From Thermodesulfobacteriota bacterium (GTDB taxonomy: Bacteria > Desulfobacterota_D > UBA1144 > Nemesobacterales > Nemesobacteraceae): 64,000 nt of DNA. The stretch spans positions 1,152,001-1,216,000 of the forward strand of contig OZ241855.1 of the NCBI GenBank assembly GCA_965202785.1, in the 5' to 3' direction. Positions 58,104-64,000 of the stretch are shown one piece after another. The notes below the pieces were generated by a model that did not search any database, was not told the DNA's origin, and worked only from the letters and a program-made list of their open reading frames with translations. How positions within the stretch are numbered: position 1 is the first letter of the stretch; each line of letters begins with the position of its first letter. Made by a program: the position numbers and the translations under genes.

Positions 58104-59561
58104 CTAAAAGGCGATCGCGGCGAGAAGAGTGTTTGAGGCCTGAGCTGCTAGATCCCATGACAAGAAAGGAAATATACCGAAAAAAACCGTGACTGCGGTA
58201 AGTACTGCAATTGTAGCCCCCGAGAGCGGTTTGTTTGCGCTTGCCCCGTAGCTGTCTTCCCTCATAAACGCGTAGACGAGCACCTTGAGGTAATAATACG
58301 CGGAGATTACGCTTGTTATTATTCCTATTACTGCAAGCGGCGTCAGATTGGCGTCGACCGCAGCTAAAAACACCCTGTATTTCCCGAAAAATCCTATAGT
58401 TGGCGGGATTCCCGCAAGCGAGAACATAAATACTCCAAGTGCGAGCGATGCCGCCGGTTTCCTGCTCCAGAGTCCCGATATCCTCTCAAAAGTGTCACAG
58501 TCGTTTCCCTCCCTGCTCGCGTAGGCGAGGATTCCGAAAGCTCCGAGGTTCATAAAGGTGTAGGCAAACAGATAGTAAAGAACGCTTCCGCTTCCGACCG
58601 AAGAGTCTGAGAGAACCGCCGCCACCCCGACTAGGGCGTATCCCGCGTGCGCCACACTTGAGTAGGCAAGCATCCTCTTTACACTTTTTTGATATATGGC
58701 AGCTATGTTTCCTACTATCATGGTCAGCACAGCCGCAATCTGTACGGCGACCGTCATGTAGTTTTCAAACCCGGGAGCGGAACCGAGAAATATCCTCAGC
58801 AGTAGCACGAAAGCCGCCGCTTTTACCGCAACGGACATGTATCCTGTAACGGTGAGGGGGGCTCCGTCGTAGATATCGGGCACCCACTGGTGAAGCGGCA
58901 CGGCTCCTATCTTGAAAATGACTCCCACTGCCACAAAAGCGGCTCCGCAGACATACATCGGGAGATTCCCCGGATTTCTTAGGATCTCCTCAAGAAAAGT
59001 GGAACCGGTAGCCCCGTAGAGAAGGGCGATTCCAAAAAGCAGCACCGCGGAAGAGAATCCGCCCAGAACAAGATATTTTACGCCTGATTCTGTCGAGTCG
59101 AGAGACTTGCTTCTGAACCCCGAGAGTATGTAGACGGCTATTGACATAATTTCGAATCCCACGAAAAGCGTCATGAGTTCGACCGAGGAGGCGAGAATCA
59201 TCATCCCGCTCGTGCAGAAAAGCACAAGCGCGTAGAACTCCTCAAGCCATTGCGAGCGTTTCTCGAGGTGATCTTTTGAAAAAAGAATGGTCGCAAGCGC
59301 CGCCAGAAGGAAAAGGGAGTTGAAATAGGCGGAGAAGGAATCGATTACCAGCGCACCGGAAAACGCGGAACTTTCTCCGGAGAATCTGGAGAAGTTAAGG
59401 ATGAGTGAGAGCACTGTGGCAGCGACCGCAAGGAGAAAAAGTGACCCTGTCCATCTTTTCTTCAAAACAGGGGCGCAGATAAGTATAAGCAGGGCTGCGA
59501 GTATGAGTACGCACTCGGGAAGGATAGCCAGCGTACTTTGAAATAGCACCTGCATATTCAT
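58104..59561 (-). CDS. nuoN: NADH-quinone oxidoreductase subunit N
   Basis: ESGVKY, FKIGAVPLHQWVPDIYDGAP, KRMLAYSSVAHAGY, SLAGIPP. Confidence 0.95.
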   Translation of the reverse strand: MNMQVLFQSTLAILPECVLILAALLILICAPVLKKRWTGSLFLLAVAATVLSLILNFSRFSGESSAFSGALVIDSFSAYFNSLFLLAALATILFSKDHLEKRSQWLEEFYALVLFCTSGMMILASSVELMTLFVGFEIMSIAVYILSGFRSKSLDSTESGVKYLVLGGFSSAVLLFGIALLYGATGSTFLEEILRNPGNLPMYVCGAAFVAVGVIFKIGAVPLHQWVPDIYDGAPLTVTGYMSVAVKAAAFVLLLRIFLGSAPGFENYMTVAVQIAAVLTMIVGNIAAIYQKSVKRMLAYSSVAHAGYALVGVAAVLSDSSVGSGSVLYYLFAYTFMNLGAFGILAYASREGNDCDTFERISGLWSRKPAASLALGVFMFSLAGIPPTIGFFGKYRVFLAAVDANLTPLAVIGIITSVISAYYYLKVLVYAFMREDSYGASANKPLSGATIAVLTAVTVFFGIFPFLSWDLAAQASNTLLAAIAF

Positions 59562-59621
59562 AGTAGCGTTTCTCCCTGTATGTGGAGGTTTCTACGGGTT
59601 TTGGTTATCTCTTTCATTGCA

Positions 59622-60089
59622 TCAGCCGGGGTCTTTAACCACTTCGAACTTTCTTTCTTCAAACTGGAAATCTTGCTCGTCAATGTACCATATTCTCGCG
59701 TCGGCGAGCTTCCCGCGATTTACCGAGAAAATTATATACGCCCATCCGGGTGATGCCACCTGTCTGTCCGTCTCCGAAGGTACCGAAGGGTGGTCTGGAT
59801 GCGAGTGGTATATGCCGAGAATCTCAAGACCGTTCTCCCTCGCCCACGAATCCGCCTCTATGTAGGAGCGCGGATCAAGCTCGAAACGGTCTTTTAACCG
59901 CTTGCTGTCAATGTTTGATGTTTCCTTAAACGCCGTTTCGGATTCGTCGTCAGCGACCAGATTGTCGCATTTGCGGAAGTGAGTGACGGTGTCTTCTTTC
60001 CCGATCATCACTCCGCATACCTCGTAAGGATAACCGGATTCTGCGTCCCGTGTCATGCCCAGATAGGCCGATCTGTATATCTTTACCAC
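59622..60089 (-). CDS. JAMM/MPN+ metallopeptidase (Mec-like)
   Basis: EVCG and YHSHPDHPSVPSETD (HxHx7Sx2D). Confidence 0.9.
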   Translation of the reverse strand: MVKIYRSAYLGMTRDAESGYPYEVCGVMIGKEDTVTHFRKCDNLVADDESETAFKETSNIDSKRLKDRFELDPRSYIEADSWARENGLEILGIYHSHPDHPSVPSETDRQVASPGWAYIIFSVNRGKLADARIWYIDEQDFQFEERKFEVVKDPG

Positions 60090-61024
60090 CAGAGTCTTTC
60101 GCTCAGGTACCTTCTGCCCGAGTCGGGAAGAATCGTCACGAGCACTCCTTCTTTCAGTTTTTTCGCGTACTCAAGCGTTACGCAGACCGCGGCTCCTCCC
60201 GAGTGGCCCACGAATATTCCCTCGGTATCCATCAGCCGCTCCATCATTTCATACGCTTTCTCAGTCGAGATGAAGACAACATCGTCGGCCGCTTCCTCGT
60301 CGTATATGCCTGGAACTATTGAAGTGGGCATATGTTTCATGCCCTCAAGTCCGTGAAGACTTTCTTCAGGCTGAATCGCGATTGTCTTTATATCGGGATT
60401 GTATTCTTTAAGCCTTTTCCCGGTTCCCATGAAGGTTCCCGATGTGCCGAGTCCCGCGAGAAAATGGGTCACGTCACCCTTTGTCTGCTCCCAGATCTCG
60501 GGCGCAGTCGTTTCGTAGTGAGCCAGGAGATTGTTAATGTTGTTGTACTGGTCCGGCATGAAATATTTCTCGGGATTATCCGCTTTTAGCCTGTGAGCCA
60601 TTCTTATCGCTCCGTCGGAACCTTCAAGAGGGTTTGAGAAGGTTATTTTCGCTCCGTAGGCCTCGATTGCTTTTTTTCTCTCGGTGTTTACGTTCTCAGG
60701 CGTTACGATTTCAACCTCGTACCCGAGTGCGGCCCCAAGCATCGCGTACGCGATCGCTGTATTCCCGGAAGAAGAGTCCATAATGACCTTGTCTTTTGTG
60801 AGTTCGCCGGAGCGGATGGCTTCCAGGATCATTCTGCGGGCGGGGCGGTCTTTTATTGAGCCTCCCGGGTTAAACCACTCGGCCTTTGCGTAAATACTGA
60901 CCCCCGGAGAGCATTCCTTTGCCGTTTCGGAAAGTTCCAAAAGAGGGGTGTTGCCTATAAGGTCAACCACCGATTCGACTCTTGAACCTCCGGCGGCGGA
61001 GGTTCCGGCTTCGGATCTAGACAT
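60083..61024 (-). CDS. cysM: PLP-dependent cysteine synthase (CysM-like)
   Basis: GNTPL, NPGGSIKDR, SSGNT, GLGTSGT, DSGRRYLS. Confidence 0.88.
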   Translation of the reverse strand: MSRSEAGTSAAGGSRVESVVDLIGNTPLLELSETAKECSPGVSIYAKAEWFNPGGSIKDRPARRMILEAIRSGELTKDKVIMDSSSGNTAIAYAMLGAALGYEVEIVTPENVNTERKKAIEAYGAKITFSNPLEGSDGAIRMAHRLKADNPEKYFMPDQYNNINNLLAHYETTAPEIWEQTKGDVTHFLAGLGTSGTFMGTGKRLKEYNPDIKTIAIQPEESLHGLEGMKHMPTSIVPGIYDEEAADDVVFISTEKAYEMMERLMDTEGIFVGHSGGAAVCVTLEYAKKLKEGVLVTILPDSGRRYLSERLWW

Positions 61025-61263
61025 TAGCAGCGCTCGATGATTACCTTGTGGTAGCGGCCGTCTTCTTTCTCTATGGAGAGAACCCTGTGACCTTCCTGTT
61101 CCACGCTTCTCGGGAGATTGGAGAGAGGCTCTCCTTCGCAGAGCCTTACTTCAAGGACTTCCCCGCGCTTCATTTGCTCAAGCTTGAGCTTGGTTTTGAC
61201 AAAGGTCATCGGACAGATGTAGTCCGTTATGTCTATTCTTTCCTTGCTCTGCGTGTTGTCCAT
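61024..61263 (-). CDS. TusA/SirA-family sulfurtransferase
   Basis: DITDYICPMTFVKTKLKL...GEVLEV fold pattern; overlaps the cysM start by 1 bp. Confidence 0.88.
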   Translation of the reverse strand: MDNTQSKERIDITDYICPMTFVKTKLKLEQMKRGEVLEVRLCEGEPLSNLPRSVEQEGHRVLSIEKEDGRYHKVIIERC

Positions 61264-61318
61264 TTTAAACTCTCGTGCGCGCGATTTCCCGTTAAGACTA
61301 ACACAGTCTGTGTTTTAC

Positions 61319-62032
61319 TCAAATGGCTTTTCCGTCGGCATTCCGGGACTCTATCCACGATATTGCGGATTCAAACATTTTTCTGCCGTCCTCTGAACCT
61401 AGCAGGCTCTCGAAACTGCGCTCGGGATGAGGCATCATCCCGAGTACATTGCCCCGGTTATTGGCGATTCCTGCTATGTTGTCCTCGGCACCGCTTGGAT
61501 TCGCTTCGGCACTGAGCTCTCCCCCTTGCTCGCAGTAGCGCAAAACTATTCTCCGCTCCGAGACATTGTCCCCGTCCGGGGGCAGCACGAAATTGCCTTG
61601 GGCGTTTGCGACTGGCAGTTTCAGCACTTCTCCCCTGCGGAGAAGGCAAGTAAAGGGCGTATCGGTATCCTCGACCCTTACGTTTGTCCATCTGCAGACG
61701 AATTTCAGCGAGGAGTTGTGTATGAATGCCCCGGGAAGAAGTCCCGATTCAACAAGAATCTGAAACCCGTTGCATATTCCTATTACCGGGACTCCGGTTG
61801 CGGCAAGTTCCCTGAGAGGACTTACCACCGGAGAGAACTGCGATATAGCTCCCGCCCGAAGGTAGTCTCCGTAGGAAAACCCCCCTGGTATCACGATGCA
61901 GTCGATTCCCTCTAGGGAAGTTTCCTCGTGCCATATGAGTTCGCAGGGCCGGCCCAGGATTTTTTTTATGGCATGGTAGCAGTCGTGGTCGCAGTTGGAC
62001 CCCGGAAAGAACAAAACTCCGAAATTTGGCAT
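61319..62032 (-). CDS. purQ: FGAM synthase glutaminase subunit
   Basis: FPGSNCD, PGGFSYGDYLRAG, GICNGFQ, MMPHPER. Confidence 0.96.
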   Translation of the reverse strand: MPNFGVLFFPGSNCDHDCYHAIKKILGRPCELIWHEETSLEGIDCIVIPGGFSYGDYLRAGAISQFSPVVSPLRELAATGVPVIGICNGFQILVESGLLPGAFIHNSSLKFVCRWTNVRVEDTDTPFTCLLRRGEVLKLPVANAQGNFVLPPDGDNVSERRIVLRYCEQGGELSAEANPSGAEDNIAGIANNRGNVLGMMPHPERSFESLLGSEDGRKMFESAISWIESRNADGKAI

Positions 62033-62033
62033 C

Positions 62034-62288
62034 TTACTTCTCCGTTATCTCTACAGAAGAATCTTCAATTACGGGATTGGAGAGGAGCTTCCGGCACATT
62101 TCATCCGCTCTGCGGCCTACCTCATCGGCGGACTCCCCTTCCATGGTGAGTTCCACGACCTTTCCTACCCTCGCGTCGGAGACCCCGCTGAACCCCAGGC
62201 CACTGAGCGCATTAAGCACCGCTTTGCCCTGGGGGTCGAGCACCACGGGTTTGAGCTTAACCTCTATTTTCACAGAAAACTGTTTCAT
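62034..62288 (-). CDS. purS: FGAM synthase subunit PurS
   Basis: LDPQG, RVGK, LLSNPVIE. Confidence 0.95.
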   Translation of the reverse strand: MKQFSVKIEVKLKPVVLDPQGKAVLNALSGLGFSGVSDARVGKVVELTMEGESADEVGRRADEMCRKLLSNPVIEDSSVEITEK

Positions 62289-62326
62289 CTCTTGTTTCCT
62301 TGCTCCGGTGTGAATTTCGCGGGATG

Positions 62327-63184
62327 TTACCCGCGCGAGAGCAGCATGCCGATGATTCTCTCAAGCTCCTCGGGAGAATAGTATTCTATCTCTATTTTCC
62401 CCTTTGTCTTGTTGCGGCTTATTCTTACCTTGGTTGAGAATTTCCCGGCAAGCTCTTCGGTAAGTTCTCTGGTGAATATATCTTCTTCTGGCTCCTCTGA
62501 GGGTGGTTCAGCGGACGGTCCGGCACCTCTGTTTTGCTTTTTTACAAGCGCTTCGGTTCTCCTTACCGTAAGATCCTTTCTCAGCACTTCGCCTAGAAGG
62601 AAATCCATTTCCTCAAGGGATGGGGCGCCAAGAAGCGCCCTTGCGTGTCCCGCCGTTACAGCGCCCGAAACAAGCGCTTCTTTAGCTTTATCAGATAGCT
62701 TGAGAAGCCTCAGCTGGTTTGTGATGACAGAGCGGTTTTTCCCCGTTTTTCTGGCTATATCGTCATGGGTAAGCCCGAAGCGCTCTGAGAGCTTTTCATA
62801 AGCCTCGGCCTCTTCAATGGGGTTTAAGTCCTCTCTTTGTATGTTTTCTATTAACGTGAGTTCCGCCACGTCCTGGTCGGTAGCGTCTCTTATAACTACG
62901 GGCAGTTTCTCGAGCTTGGCAATTTTCGCCGCTCTCCACCTGCGTTCCCCGGCCACTATTTCGAAGCCGCCGTTTTCCTTCCTGACTACAAGCGGCTGTA
63001 TGACCCCGTTTTCCTTTATGGACTCTGCGAGTTCCTCGAGCGCACCCTGTTCAAACTGCTTTCTCGGTTGCGAGGGATTCGGCTTAAGCAGATCCGTACT
63101 TACCATCTGGTACCCGGTGGATTCTGTTTCCGGCTTCTTCGGAATAAGAGAGTCGAGTCCCCTTCCCAGGCTTCGTCTTTTCAC
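62327..63184 (-). CDS. parB: Chromosome partitioning protein ParB
   Basis: LGRGL, QPRK, AGERRWRA, ENIQREDL, GHARALL. Confidence 0.96.
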   Translation of the reverse strand: MKRRSLGRGLDSLIPKKPETESTGYQMVSTDLLKPNPSQPRKQFEQGALEELAESIKENGVIQPLVVRKENGGFEIVAGERRWRAAKIAKLEKLPVVIRDATDQDVAELTLIENIQREDLNPIEEAEAYEKLSERFGLTHDDIARKTGKNRSVITNQLRLLKLSDKAKEALVSGAVTAGHARALLGAPSLEEMDFLLGEVLRKDLTVRRTEALVKKQNRGAGPSAEPPSEEPEEDIFTRELTEELAGKFSTKVRISRNKTKGKIEIEYYSPEELERIIGMLLSRG

Positions 63185-63185
63185 G

Positions 63186-63974
63186 TCAGTTAACCTCCAC
63201 CGCCCTGCTTATTATCTCATTTGCGAGTTTCATGTAGTTCTGAGCTCCGCTTGACTTGATTTCGTAAAGTAAAAGTGGTTTTCCGTGGCTTGGCGCTTCG
63301 GCGAGCTTCACGTTTCTGCTTATTACGGTGTTGAAGGTCTTTTCGCCGAAGTGGTTCCTTACGTCCTCGGCCACTGAATGACATATGTTATTACGGGAAT
63401 CGAACATCGTCAAAAGATAACCCTCCACCTCGAGCGAAGGATTGAGTCTCTGCTTGGCGAGGGATATGGTCGTCTGCAGCTGGCCTATTCCTTCAAGAGC
63501 GTAGTATTCGCACTGAACGGGTATTAGCACCCGGTCGGCCGCGGCAAGCGCGTTTATGGTGAGCAGACTGAGAGACGGCGGGGCGTCTATGAATATGTAA
63601 TCGTACTCGGCCCTTATTTCGTCAATAACTTTCTTGAGACGGTATTCCCTGTTTTCGGTCTCTATAAGGTGTATCTCGGCCCCGGTGAGTTCGTGGTTTG
63701 CCGGACACAGGTGCAGGTAACCGTTCAGAAGCTCAGGATAAATGTCAATTGTGGTGTCCGGGAGCTTTACTTCTCCCAGTATAACGCTGCAGATGTTTTT
63801 CGAATTAACCGAATCCTTGTCAATGCCGAGCCCTCCGGTTGCATTTCCCTGCGAATCAAGATCTATTAGAAGCGTGCGGCGGTTTGCGACCGCCAGAGAG
63901 GCTGAAAGGTTTACCGCGGTTGTGGTTTTACCGACTCCCCCTTTCTGATTTACCACGCATATTACTTTTGACAT
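63186..63974 (-). CDS. parA: Chromosome partitioning ATPase ParA/Soj
   Basis: NQKGGVGKTTT, DSQGNAT, PVQCEYYALEG, EAPSHG. Confidence 0.96.
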   Translation of the reverse strand: MSKVICVVNQKGGVGKTTTAVNLSASLAVANRRTLLIDLDSQGNATGGLGIDKDSVNSKNICSVILGEVKLPDTTIDIYPELLNGYLHLCPANHELTGAEIHLIETENREYRLKKVIDEIRAEYDYIFIDAPPSLSLLTINALAAADRVLIPVQCEYYALEGIGQLQTTISLAKQRLNPSLEVEGYLLTMFDSRNNICHSVAEDVRNHFGEKTFNTVISRNVKLAEAPSHGKPLLLYEIKSSGAQNYMKLANEIISRAVEVN

Positions 63975-64000
63975 TTGGCTGTAAAAAAATGATAAACTTG

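Noticed and set aside
62327-64000. parS site or oriC near parAB
   Set aside because: No TGTTTCACGTGAAACA-like palindrome or DnaA-box cluster noticed.
1-64000. CRISPR array, rRNA, transposase or reverse transcriptase
   Set aside because: No regularly spaced repeats or relevant motifs seen by eye; a computational scan would be needed to fully exclude short arrays.

Overview
Bacterial chromosomal window of mostly housekeeping genes: mqnC, ptsH, hisD/hisC, lnt/lgt, tolB, thpR, rplU/rpmA, alaS, rpoH, tRNA-Asn, uvrA, glyA, nrdR, tatD, pdxA, cobB, nuoABCD, lolA, ftsK, nuoN, mec/cysM/tusA-like, purQ/purS and parB/parA. The gene set plus a sup-type PKS suggests a sponge-associated lineage such as Candidatus Dadabacteria (inference, not verified). 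Accessory islets lack any integrase or transposase and sit almost always between the 3' ends of convergent core genes. (1) An AbiEi/AbiEii type IV TA pair whose toxin carries a C-terminal WYL-like domain is flanked by a 41-bp direct repeat duplicating the overlapping hisC/lnt 3' ends. (2) A ~14.5 kb sup-like PKS cluster (KS-AT-DH-MT-ER-KR-ACP-KS-AT0 PKS, free ACP, PPTase, hydrolase, NCS2 permease with an RsbW-like tail) lies between nuoD and lolA. (3) Smaller islets carry outer-membrane beta-barrels, an S41 peptidase, an AAA/DUF4143 ATPase and secreted hypotheticals. Also seen are three candidate structured RNA elements, a 42-aa membrane microprotein upstream of lgt, and a large nitroreductase-like ORF running off the left edge; the last two are missing from the ORF track. 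All calls come from reading motifs by eye; no searches were run.
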